Under the pieces are notes generated by a model. That model saw only the letters and a program-made list of their open reading frames with translations, ran no database searches and was not told where the DNA came from. DNA of 64,000 nt, from NCBI RefSeq assembly GCF_009914755.1, contig NC_060939.1; one strand, given 5' to 3'. Of this stretch, positions 1 to 13,040 are shown in pieces (position 1 is the first letter of the stretch; the number at the start of each line of letters is the position of its first letter). Both the position numbers and the translations under genes were made by a program. The stretch comes from the human T2T-CHM13v2.0 reference genome, Homo sapiens.

Positions 1-682
1 TTATCTGGACATTGTGAAGCAAGGCGGATGAGTCAGCTAATGCTTAAGTTCCCACTTCCCCAGTGGCTTGCAGGTAAGGGTTTTTTTAAAGCAGGGGTAA
101 ATTTCAGGAAAGCAGAAGTTACTGGCAAAATTGTAAATCAGTACTGGAGGTTACACATTGGTTTTGTCCTGAAAAGTCGTGATATTTTGAAGCAGGTGCT
201 TACAGCCCATACATAGATTCAAGGGTTTTCTGATTTGTAATTGGTTAAAGAAAAGAAGAGTTGTTTTAAAATTTGGGGGTTGGCAGAAAAAAATATTAGC
301 TCTTTGGCTAATGGATTTGCCTCCCTCTAGCCCCTCAGGAAGAAATTTAGCACAAAGAATGGCAGTCAGAATTCAGTTTTCAGGCCCCCCTTATCTGAGG
401 TGTACTTGTCAGCAGATGCCTTTGGTGGGGGTCTAGGTTTCTATGAAAAATGACTCAGGAATGTATGTTAAGATGCGATCTTTAGAACAAAACAAACATC
501 TTCTGACTGTAACTACCTTGGCTGTTGTTTAGGCTACTATTACCTTCTTGCTTATCAAGTTCCTCATTTCTTTCTCAGTGCTAGCTAGGTACCAGGGATT
601 TCCCTTGAAGGGACTCACGATTTTCCTTTATTTCCCTGCTTGGGGAAGCTACAGGCCCCTAACAAAGGGTCCCTGCTCCATC
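1..682 (-). mobile_element. ERV1 LTR (MER72/LTR39-like), cut by window start
   Basis: Minus strand begins TGATGGAGCAGGGACCC...GGAAATAAGGAAAATCGTGAGTCCCTTCAAGGGAAATCC. The same family is seen in + orientation at 35929. Subfamily name from memory. Confidence 0.7.
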
Positions 683-829
683 ACAGGATCTTACCCACTC
701 TGTCTACCGACTCACATTTCAGACCTTTCTGGTGAAACCTCACAGATCCAGAAGTAATGCTTTGCCAGTGTTCTAGGTATTCGTTAATACAGTTAGTTGA
801 CTCCTAAAACTAAACATTACATTGGGTTT

Positions 830-1790
830 TGGAGTGTTACCCAAGCAGGTTTCTCATGAGGAGTTCAAATTGCTGGGTTAAGGTGAAGCAACCATGATTT
901 CCACAGAGTCAAAGTTTGACTGAGAGGTGGTTACTGCCGAATATCTGTGCAGTTCCCACAGGGGACAGTGAGGTGAGATAAAGGTGGTATTCAGCTGTCT
1001 TATATGGAGTAGTCACCTTGAGCAGGTTTTATAAGGGGCTATGTTCAATGACCACCTTGAGGAATGTGGAAGAGGCCACAAACTGGAAACTGTCACGGAT
1101 TTCTAAACCCTATTTCTGGTATGAGAATGTCAACACTATGTACAAAATGAATGCCCAGGTTACATAAAATTAAAACAATTCACAGCAACATTTAAAATAG
1201 GAATTCTAGTAGCCCAATAATAACTCTCTCTCTAATCCTGAGGTAGCAGGTAAATTGAGTTGTTCAACTAATTTGAAACTATAGTTAAACATGTTTTCTC
1301 AATAATAGACCAGAATACATATGATGAGCCGACAAAATTTTATAGTGAGAAGGGGGCAGTCACAGAGAAAAAATAAGGTGTTCCATTTATTTTAAAAGGC
1401 ATATTTTTTACATCTTTCAAATAGAGATCAATCATAATATTGTTAAAAGGCTATTGGTTAGAAGACAGTAATAATGTGATGGACTTCATGTGCACACAAG
1501 TGAACTTGATGTAAAAAACTTCCATTTTCACATTCTGGTGGTATCTTTAACATCATGACTTGGAGAGGGATGTTAGCAGATGAGAAACATAATCTAACAG
1601 AAACTATTATAGTTCTCTCACTACAAATATGGCATCAGCAAAGCTCCTAATTACCAGAGATGATGCTAGTGTAGAAAAAATCCATGGACAAGGTGAGTTG
1701 CACAGTGATTTAGAAGAGTTTTATCCAAATATGAGAAATTTTAGAAAACCTTGATTACCTATTTTGCTTTCACTTTCTGTCTTATGTGAT
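830..1790 (+). pseudogene. AGGF1-like processed pseudogene relic (copy 0; FHA region)
   Basis: 1200-1790 is colinear with 52340-53050. Decayed motifs IYF (1385-1393), NHNIVK and FHI (1526-1534) follow the order of AGGF1 IYFDHD...NGTIVN...SFHIHPG. Left boundary uncertain. Confidence 0.55.
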
Positions 1791-1838
1791 CATAGGAGTG
1801 ATATGACATCAATACACACATTTATATAAGTTCAAAAG

Positions 1839-2429
1839 TGTAAAAAGTAGAATAGAGGTTCCTCTTCGAAGACTTTCCTCGCCATCTAATTAGAAATAAA
1901 TAGTAACTTCTCTTAGAAGCAAAATTTTTTCAAAGACCTGTGCTAACATTCTTAAATATCTGCTAGCCGTAATAAAGAAATGAATGTACTTTATGTTCTT
2001 AGCTCCCACAATTTAACCTAAATATTTGCCCTGGCATGCTTATACTGGTCCAAGCAAGCATTAGGTCATAGCGTGTTCCTCTTCCTTATTTGAAGGTGTT
2101 TTTACCTTTCTCTGGATTCCAAAAGTTACTTCCTCCTTCCTTTGTTCTCCTCTGCCTTTGCCTCTTTTAAAAAGTTCTAAGTTGCTAGCCAGTCGGGACA
2201 AATACGGAATGTGAGGTCCTGTTCCAGCCAATGGAAACCAGACACAGCAGTGGGGTGGAAGCATCAGGTTATAAATGACCCTGTCTCCTTTGTTCTGTGC
2301 ACTCTCATGGCAAAAATGCTGGCGAGTGTACCCTTTCTGAAGAAAATATAAAAATGGCCTTGCTGAGGAAATTAAATTTATATTCAAGTGCTATTTCTTT
2401 ATGGCACCAGGGAACAGGCATTTCAAACA
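1839..2429 (+). mobile_element. Solo LTR10C-like LTR (HERV-I group)
   Basis: TGTAAAAAGTAGAATAGAGGTTCCTCTTC...GCATTTCAAACA with TG...CA ends and a 5-bp TSD AAAAG (1834-1838, 2430-2434). Confidence 0.85.
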
Positions 2430-5201
2430 AAAAGTATTATTTTCAACATATATGACAAAATTTTTGTGATGTCATAGTTTTTCAATAGTTTTATGCTTTT
2501 ATTGTGATGTAAAATAATGATGTATTTTACAATTGATACATATGATACTTCTCGCAATTACTTGAAAAAAGCTGTCACTGGTAGCAAATAGTAACTTAGT
2601 GTTTAGTGTAGACCTATGTAAACCAAAAATGACTGACACAGATCTCATTCAATTCAGAGAATTATTTTGCCAAGTTTAAGGATAAAGAAACACAAGTCAC
2701 AGTAGGCTCTGTGGCCTGTGCTTTTTCCAAAGAGGGTTTTGCTGACTTCCATATTTATAGGGGTGAGACCAGGCAGGAGCAGGTGGAGGATAAAGAAAGG
2801 GGAGGAAAGACAGTGAGGCAAGTACATCCGAATGAGGCCTGAATTAGCACTCACTGCATCCAGATGTTGCATGTGTACAGAGGAATGGAGAAAAAGTTGA
2901 TTGTGCATTTGTCTTGTGCGTGGTAGATCTACATTTTACATAAGATAGGCAAACTTGTGAAATTACAGCTGTCTCTTTGGGAACAAAAGGAAGGTAGTAT
3001 TAGCATGACTCAGTTCCTGACTTTTCCTTTGGCATAGTGAGTTTGGGGTCCCAAGATTTTATTTTCCTTGTTCTTCAAAATATTTCAGAGAAAGCATTTT
3101 AGCAGAAAATGTGTGTTTGGTTATATTTTTTCCTAATCTTTCAACATTAGGATGGTTTATTCCTAGAAGGTTAGGATCCACATTTTTAAGGAGACTCATT
3201 CTAGAAGGTTGTGAAGAAATAGGGGGAATAAGAAATAAAGGGAAAAGATAAGAAAAAAGAGACACAGCTGGATTATAGCAATAAAGTAGAAAGCAATCCT
3301 TGAAAACCAATAGACTATATCACAGAGCAGTCCATATATAACTAGACGGTCATGAAAATATTTTATGTAAATAAATAAGATGCTGTTATTTCTCCCAAAG
3401 TTTAAGTTTTCTAGTTTCAGTCTGCAGGGCTTTACAAAAAGCACAGATTTCTACTAATTTGAAGTCAGAAAAAAATGGGAAAGAAAAAAAAAAAACATTG
3501 AAAATTTTAGTTTGGAGACTGGTAACCAGCAAAGAATTTAGGATCCAGTCTAGCTAAATTGTAAACCAATAATAAAACTGGAAGACAATGAACAGGGCTA
3601 GAATCCAATAAAAGATGTACTATAGTTTCATTTGAAATACATTTTTTCTCTCTACAGTCTTCCATTTTTACTAAAGAAAAATCATAGTAAGACCAATTTA
3701 TTTCCAAAATAAGTTTTAGTTTTATTGTACTTGGCCTGATTATTTTCATAAAGTGCAGCAAGACTATTTTTTTTCCATATAGGCTCTTCTAAGTTGGCAC
3801 TGATGGAACTTTTTTTTAAACAAAGTGTCTACTATTTTTTTCAAATAGCCCCTCAAGCTCAAACAAGCATTTATTGTGCCTGCAAATAACTGTATGAACT
3901 GGGTGAATTCATCTCATCTTGAGGTCGCAAGATTACTTGGAGTTCCTAGGCCTGTCAGAAAGTGACATGCGTTTCTTACCACAGATCAGAAAATCTGTAA
4001 AGAAACTGCATAAAGAAGGCACAGGGCCAGTCTCTCCAAGGGAATTTTACTGGTTTTATTATTCAACCTAAATTTCTCAAAGCAATCTGCTCATAGATGA
4101 AAATATGCTATTCCAGCCAAAGCCTTGACAAGGTAACCAGTGTCTCCAATTGTGTCCCATTACAAAAAAAAAATTGTTATTGATTATATGCAAATAACTT
4201 ATATTACCATAAATTAAGAATATTCAGAAATAGTTTTCAAATTCTGGGGAAATCAGGTAAAGAGAAAGAAGTATAGTTGAAATTTTTCTCTAAAGAGTAT
4301 ACCATATTCAATTGTTAAAAACTATAAATAGCTAAGAATAAACCTTTCTTTACTCTGAAAAACAAATATAGTCATCAATGTTTCAAATAAAAAAGTCCTA
4401 AAAAATTGTTTCATTCTTCTGTTACATCAGTCCCACATAATTAACTTGTTCTACTTTGTATTGGCTTAGCAATCCTCATGAACACGTCAGCCTGTTTAGA
4501 GTCCTGGGAGTTTTGTTGTTGTTATTGTTATTGTTTTCGTTTGTACAATGGCACAATCTCCAAAGTTATCAGAAACCTAAATTCAAGAAAACCTATCAGA
4601 GTCATTTTCACCAACTCTTCTAAAGAAGCAAGTTTTGGCCGACTGGTTTTTTATAAACTACTTTTTGAGAATAATCAAAGTAAAACAACAATTGTGAATG
4701 AAAAACTCTTAGGACAGTCATAGTTACAGGTATAGCTGATAAGAAATTTGGTTATTTCTGTGTCATACAACAATTTAACATAATAATCATAATTATTACT
4801 GATAACATATAGTAAGGCATGTCAGAATTATTGGCATCTCATATGATTTTGGAGCACATGGTAATATTTAGGTAAATAGAACTCAAAAGTTAAATATTTC
4901 ACCATGCTTCTATATGATTTTAACATGTTAAATGTGGCTAATTTGTCACTGTTGGACTTCAGGTGACCTAATATTCAAAAAGTTAATTAGGTCACTAAGG
5001 CTAAATTAAAATTTGATTTGGAAAGTTTGTCAAATATCAAAGGTTTGAAACAGTGTTACAAAATAGAATCACCAATCACGATGAAGTGAATTACTCATTA
5101 AGCCAAAAATGATATTTTAAATATTTCTAAAAAGCAAAAATCTTTATTCTTTGATATAGAGAAAGGAGATTCAGTTTCTTAAACAATAAGGTCTAATATC
5201 A

Positions 5202-5500
5202 GGCTGAGTGCACTGGCTTGTGCCTGTAATTCCATTGCTTTGGGAGGCCGACACGGGAAGATCATTTGAGCCCAGGAGTTCAAGACGAGCCTGGGCAATA
5301 TAGTGAGACTTCGTCTCTACAGAAAATAAATTTGTAAATTATCTGGTTGTATTGGTGTGTGTAGTCCTAGCTACTACAGAGTCTGAGGAAAGAGGATCAC
5401 ATGAACCCATGACATGGAGGTTGCAGTGAGCCAAGATCACACCACTGCACTCCAGCCTGGGTGACAGAGTGAGACCCTGTCTCAAAAAAACAAACAAAAA
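5202..5500 (+). mobile_element. AluJ-type SINE
   Basis: Dimeric Alu with TTTGAGCCCAGGAGTTC and an A-tail. Confidence 0.9.
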
Positions 5501-6044
5501 TACCTCGAAAAAATGAAAAACCAGTAAAACCTAATAAATATAGTATGAAACCAAGTGAACCTTACTCCCCTCCTCTTTTTTTGCAGTTTGCCCAAAAGGC
5601 AAACAAAAATCTTTTACTCTCTCTTAATATTAAACAAAATCCTGGTTCAAAAAAGAAAACCAACTTTACCTTTGCGTGGCGTGGTATTAATACTAAAGCA
5701 ATTTTAATAAAATTTATAAATGAATTCATCAAATATCAATCAGTTTAATCATAAGGTATGATTTAAGAAATGCTTGTTAACCTTTTACTATTTTCTACTG
5801 AGAAGCAGATAAGTTCTCTGAAAAAATCACATCCAGATTCTGGGCTTGCATAAATGTGCTTTTTAGTGTTCAATTTATAGAAAGACTGAATAATACCCTT
5901 TAAATTTCAGCCCACTTGGTCACACACAGTATTTCTTTTGTAAAATCAATCTGCTACAAATCTACAATTCCGTCAAACTTTCAGTTTTATCCCATGATTG
6001 TATCTTAGAACAACCAAAAAATTTCTTTCCAACCTTCCTTTACC

Positions 6045-6331
6045 TTTTTTTTTTGAGACAAGGTCTCCCTCTATCACCTGGGCTGGAATGCAGTGACACA
6101 CTCATAGCTTACTATAGCTTCAAATTCCTAGCCTCAAGCAGTCCTCCCACCTTAGCCTCTTGAGTAGCTGAGACAACAGGCGCACACTACTGTGCCTGGC
6201 TCTTTTTTTTTTTGTAGATATGGTGTCTCACTTTGTTGCCCAGGCTGGTCACAAACTGCTGGCTTCAGGTAGTCCTCCCATTTGGGCCTCCAAAAGTGCT
6301 GGGATTACAGGAATGAACCACCACACCAAGC
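6045..6331 (-). mobile_element. AluJ-type SINE
   Basis: Reverse-complement Alu with poly-T head. Confidence 0.9.
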
Positions 6332-8554
6332 CCCAACTTTCTGTAGCCGTTTAGCTTTATCCGTCAGTTTGTCTTCAATTTAAAGACAACTTGAAAACCT
6401 CTACAGTAGACAAAATTAGTTTCCCTTTGTAAGGAAAACACATTTCTCATACCTTTCTATAGCATTTTTTTTCTAATAACACATCTCACTTTTATTATAT
6501 ACTTTGGATGCATCTAGTAGATTCAATTATATATGTTAACTGTAATGTTACCTCTCAGTAACTCTTACTTGTATTGAAAAACTCTAGGAAGTAAGAAATT
6601 TTACTTACGTGTCAGGTGCAGAGCCAGGGACAAAAGACACAGCTGCCAATAACATCTGACCCTTCCCAATGTAGTCAGAGGGCACAGCTGGGCTAGGGAG
6701 AACACTATATGTCCCCTGAACTTACTATGGCTGTAAGAAAGACAAATCAAACAATTATTTAAAATATCACAGAGCAGTTTATGGCCCTAAAACATCCAGC
6801 AAAAACAGTATCTGAGTTGCCTGACCAGTTCAGACCAAATATCTAAGTTAAATTCTGAAGACATTTCTATTTTATTTTACCAATTTTTTTGTTTTAGGTT
6901 TGGGGTACATTTGCAGGTTTGTAATACAGGAAAATTGTGGTCACAGAGTTTTGATGTACAATTTTGGAACACACACTAACACATGTATGTACATTGAACC
7001 CAAAGAAAGTTAAATATTTGACCATGCCCTTTAATCAAGGGTATGTCTTATGAATTTCAAGCAATGCTAAGAGATTTTACTGTACAGAGCCAGAATTCTC
7101 AAGGATAGTCATGACGCTATTGTAAGTCATTTGTAAAATTTCATATTCTAATGTATTATTAAGAATATGAGATCTCTAAAATCTTTTTTATGTATCTCCA
7201 GTCAAAACTTTGTAGAGGAGACAGACATAGATTTTTGCCAAAACAGGAAGTAAAAGTGATTGCACAATTTACATAAGTTGAGATCTTTGAACCTAAGAAT
7301 TTGTAACTGGCTAAGAAGAAAGCTAGACTCAAAGCCACCAAATCCAATTTAAAAACCCCCAGCCAGCTCCTTACTTGGAGATGCTGGCCCAAGTGCAAGA
7401 CTGCGCTCTGCCTCCTCAGAAGCAGCAAACTCCCAGAGAGGGAGTTCTACAAGAGAACATACCTCAGACCTCAAACAAAAAGTTTGGGAGATCAGGGATC
7501 TGTGTAGGGGGAGGCTCCCAGACCTCAGCAAATCATCCAATCAGTCAGAGCAATACAAAGCTTCCAGTTGGCTGTACCAGGGCCCTGCTAGGAGAGTTGC
7601 TGCAGGCCAAAGGGCGAAACTCTGCACAGAACTCATTGTGGTTTCCAAAATATAAACTGAAAAGTGACTGAGGCAGGTCTCAGTAAATTTAGAGCTAGAT
7701 CTTGCCAACGTTGAGAAAGTGCATGGGAAAAAGCAACACAAATTACAGCAGGATCTGTGATCTGCTTTTTCCAAAGCAAGGTTTGATGACTTCAGCATTT
7801 AAAGGGGAAAAAGTGAGCAGTAGGGGAAGGGGGAAAAAAGCAGAGAGGGCTAGGCACTGAGGCAAGCGTTTGCATTCTCGTGAGGCTTTGATTAGCACTC
7901 ACTGAAACCACATTTGATATGTGCAAATAGAGGAGTGGGGGATAAAGTTGATTATGCATTCATCTCATGTTTGCTGGATCTACACTTTGCATAAGATAAA
8001 GTAACCATGTATAATTACAGCTATCTATTTGGGAAAAAAAGGAAGTCAGTTTTAGTGTGACACAGTTCCTAAGCCTAACTTTCCCATTGGTCATAGAGAT
8101 TTAGTGTCCTGAGATTTTATTTTCCTTTCAAAGCTGCCATTAGTCTACACATTTTGTGTATGAGTGCATTAAGTTGTCACAGCATCTCAAGAGGTAGACA
8201 CTACTGTGACCCTCTGAAAGTTCTAGCTCTGAATCTGAGCTAAAGCCCTATAGGAAAAGACTTAGAACAACCTTGAGCTTGACCCAGTGTTCCTACTCAT
8301 ATCAACTATGTTAGAATAGCATTTCTCTCTTAGAGTAAACACTTTGTAGGTGCTTTTTAAGAATTCCTCACCTACCCTATTGTAATGAAATTATTTTCCT
8401 ATATTAAATTCTAAATACTCCATTGAATTCTTTTTTCTATGGAGGTCTATAATCCACTTGAAGTTGATTTTGTGCATGAGTTTAAAAGTAAATTTTATTT
8501 CTCTCGATGGACATTCAGTATACTGAAATGTTTATTGAAAATTCATCTTTTTCC

Positions 8555-8893
<339 letters not shown>

Positions 8894-8959
8894 TTATATA
8901 GACATCTATCAGATTTTCAACTCTTTTTATTTTTATGGATTCTTCTTTATTATCATTAA

Positions 8960-9242
<283 letters not shown>

Positions 9243-9440
9243 TATTGATTCTTCTGTCTGTGTTCAAATATTACATGTTCTTATTTTTTGGAGAGTTCAT
9301 TTTACACTAGACATTTCCCTGCAGAGACTGTTCTCTTCATCACTGTGCTACTGAAGACAGGGAAGGATAAAACCTTGCATGTCTTGCACTTACATGAATA
9401 TTCCCAGCTGTACTTCGAAAAAACAGCAGGTCATAGAACC

Positions 9441-12400
9441 TGTGGAGACAAAATGACCCATCTTGGATGCTAGTCCACCATGTTACTTCTGATTTGCCCC
9501 AGTTCCATGAATGCCTTCTGATCTCTCATTTATTTACTGTCCTTAGTGTAAAATCATGTCAACCAGTGTGTTACCACAAAAATTACATGCTATGAGGCAT
9601 GTAGCCTCCTTGTCCATTCTGGAGGGTTGCTTTTAATTGCCTTGCTAAAGCATGTATACCTTTTCCCTGTGGAGTATTAACCCTGGGTCTGGAGAGTAAC
9701 AGTGTGAACAACTGCCTACCTGCAACCATCCAAGGGTATGGTTCTGTGTGTAAGTTCCATCTATAAATTAACCAGTACTGACTAAATGGATTTTCTGCCT
9801 TCTTCTTTAATTTTTCAGATCCTTTGGCATTTGAGAGTTGCTTTGTGTATACGGTCCTTTAACGGAGCAAATGGCCAGCCAGGAAACCAAAGTATGGACA
9901 AGGGGAAAGAAGCGTCTGTGGAGGAAGTTTTACAAGCGCCCTCCTCATCCATTTGGGTGGTGTTGCCCATATGCTACATGTCTGTGGACCACTATGTGTG
10001 TTTAAAGCTTTTTAGTAAAACGTTACTAAAAACTATGACTCACTGTGGTGAAAAAGGTGGCAAAACAGTGACAACAGTGAGTTTGCTGCTGTTATTATCT
10101 ATGTGAGTGGTCACGAAAGCACAGGTAGCAGCTGAGGCAAGGGGAGGGAAGCTAGGAAAAGAATCGCAGTGAGAAAGGGATGAGAACTTCCATGTCTGTG
10201 TTAATGTCTGGTTTTATGATAAACTTGAAACTCAAGAGGCACAGTTGGAAATTGTACCTTGCCACTTTGTGTGGCTGAGAGAGAGAAAGCTGTGCCAGCT
10301 GAATGTGTGGACTGTCTTTGCCAGTGCAGGCTGGGATGCAAATACCTGTAATTCTTGGGAAACAACCAGTGAGCCAGATGATGACATAGAGTTTAACTCA
10401 GAGGAGGAAGATCATTATCCTTCCCATTTGAGAGTGAAACTGTTCATGCAGTGGAAAGCAAAATTCCAACACACAGAGGCCTGGGTAGGATTACTGGATA
10501 TAATAAAAACTTTAAAACAGCTGCCAAGAGAAAGCCTTATGTACATGAATGGTGCAGCTATGGGACACCAGTAGGGATGATATCTCCCTAAAAGGGAATG
10601 AACCTGAAAAATTGAGACAGAAGTACCCCGGAAGTGAAATAACCCCCTTATGGGATAAGTTATAGGGAAAGCCATTTCAGATTTCCTAGAAACTCAAAAG
10701 GAAAGAGATTAGGTATGACTGGTTGCTAAAGGAAAATGGAAAAAGGGAGAAACAAAGTCTGCTGGACTGAAAAAAGGAGTTTAAAAAAGACACAATTAAG
10801 GTTACTAGGAAACAAATGTGGTATGATCTGATTTCAGCTGGGATTGACAAAGAGAATATAGATGGGCAACCCAGTGGCATATTAGTGGGGTATGGAAAGA
10901 CCTGACTCCTGATCAATAGTTTAGACACCTTCTTATTACCTCCCCCACCCCCCATGAGAAGAGGGAGAAAGACAGGAAGAAACCTTTGGTAAAAATTCAG
11001 GGGTGGACTTCTTTCCAGCCTGGAGATCATAGGTAGGGTCAAGGCTGCTTCTGTGTAAGAGCAATAGGGGGTGACCAGAGGCCGTATTTGGAGCTCACTA
11101 TTGATTGGAGTCTAAAACAGCACTAAGAGAACCTTAGCTTTAGTGGGCACAGGTGCAGAATGTGTCTTAATTGATGGAAATCCAGAGAGACACCCTGGTA
11201 AGTGGGAAGCTATAGATGGTTGTGAGGGGTTAAAAATCTGAGAGAAACAAACTCCTCTCCTCCTTAGTTTTGTCTGGAGTTCCCTCTTTGCTTACTCTCC
11301 TGTCTTTATCTCACCTATTGCAGAAAACATCTTGAATATGGATGTCTTCTTAGGATGCACTTTACAAACATCTGTGGGGGAATCTCACCTATGACAAAGG
11401 CTGTATTAAGATTGGAGGCAAAATTAGAAGGTGTACACCTCCCTCCCCCACAATGTATTGTTAATGTGAGACAATACCATCTTCCTGGTAGAATATAAGA
11501 AGTCACAGCCGCCATGGAGAAATTGGCCAAAGTTAATATTATCTGGCCAGCCCAGAGTCCTTTCAGCCATCCTGTGTGACCAATAATAAAATCTGATGGC
11601 ACTTGGATATGACAGTAGATAAGTGGACACTACTGATCTTTCTAAGATACATGCTCCTTTATGTAATGTAACTCAAGTGATTGAGCAATTAATACAAAAC
11701 ATAGGCACTTATCATGCTGTGTTAGATTTAGCTAATGCCTTCTTTAGCATCCCTTTTACCCTGACTTGCAGTCATTATATTGATGATACTCTAACTTCTG
11801 AAGACTTGTCATTGCTACAGCAACACGGAGATGCATTGACACCCTTCTTCAATCCAGAGGATGGGCCATCAACTCACAAAAGTACAAGGCCTGGAACCAG
11901 CTGCAAAGTTCCTATGGATCACTTGGCCAGGTAAGACACCTTACTTCAGGCTTGGTCATTGAGAAAATATAAGTTTTCCATACCTAAAACAGTTAAACAG
12001 TTACAAAGTTTCCTAGGTCTTTTGGGATACCAGTGGGCTTTCATTCCATGTTTACCTCCATGTTTGCATCCCCTATACTGACTATTAAAGAAGCAATCTC
12101 AGCTGGGCACAGTAGCTCACACCTGTAATCCCAGCACTTTGGGAGACCGTGGCAGGCAGATCACTTGAGGCCAGGAGTTCAAGACCAGCATGGGCAACGT
12201 GGTGAAACCTCATCTCTACTAAAAATACAAGAAATTAGCCAGGCATGGTGATGCATACCTGTAATCCCAGTTACTTGTGTGGCTGAGGCATGAGAGTTGC
12301 TTGAACCTGGGAGGTGGAGTATTTAGTAAGCTGAGATCGTGCCACTGCACTCCAACTTGGGCGAAAGAGCTAGAAACCCTGTCTCAAAAAAACAAAAACA

Positions 12401-13040
12401 GATCTAGGATAAAGAACTAAAGAACAAGTGGTAGCATTTGAGAAGGCTAAAATATTGATTGCTCAGGCACAAGCTCTAGTTCCCCGCTTCTGGGATACCA
12501 GTGTCTTTTGATATGACTGTAAACCCTGAAGGGACAAAACAGGTCCTCTGGCACGTTCAGCATGGGAAAGCAGTTCTTCTAAGATTCTGGTCACAGCTAT
12601 GGAAATGTGCTGAAACCCACAGTTCTCCAATTGAACAACAGGTTCTGGGAGCATGTAAGGCCATGCAGCACATTGAGCCTGTAACTGATCATCTGCCAGT
12701 AACAATGAGAACAGATCTCTCCATTAAGGGCTGGATAGAAGGGTTGTTTTCCAGGCCTATATCAGCTATTTCTCAAGTCTCCATTATACAGAAGTGGCAT
12801 GCATACCTGCAACAATGTAGCACCCGCTCCACGAGTCCTTTGGGAGATGCATGCTATCATAGGGCCAAGACACTATGAGACCAGTGCTGCGCCTGTTGTG
12901 GAGCCCCTGCAGGAGATGCCTCCAGTAATATACGAAGGCACATCTCCATTCCTGAAAATGCTTGGCACTTAGATGGATGAAGCTGAGGTAACCCTTGTGT
13001 ATAGATGACAGTAACTGTACAGTTGCAGACAAATACTATC
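9441..13040 (+). mobile_element. ERVL provirus relic: LTR47-like 5' LTR (9441-9869) plus decayed gag-pro-pol, 3' truncated
   Basis: LTR TGTGGAGACAAAA...ACGGAGCA followed by PBS-like TGGCCAGCCAGG. Protease ALVGTGAE (about 11137). RT motifs YHAVLDLANAFFSIP and HYIDD (ORF 11623-11934). RT/RNaseH connection FWSQLWKCAETHSSPIEQQVLG (ORF 12501-12878). Confidence 0.85.
12102..12400 (+). mobile_element. Alu (S/J) inserted in ERVL pol
   Basis: Dimeric Alu with A-tail. Confidence 0.92.

Larger units (their letters stand above)
2617..8131 (-). mobile_element. MER4-group non-autonomous provirus (two LTRs plus AT-rich internal region)
   Basis: Homologous LTRs at about 2617-3070 and 7650-8131 (minus start ...AAGGAAAATAAAATCTTGGGACCCCAAACTCAC). 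PBS-like TGGAAACCACAATGAG on the minus strand at about 7632-7647. No coding capacity; two Alus inside. Confidence 0.75.
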
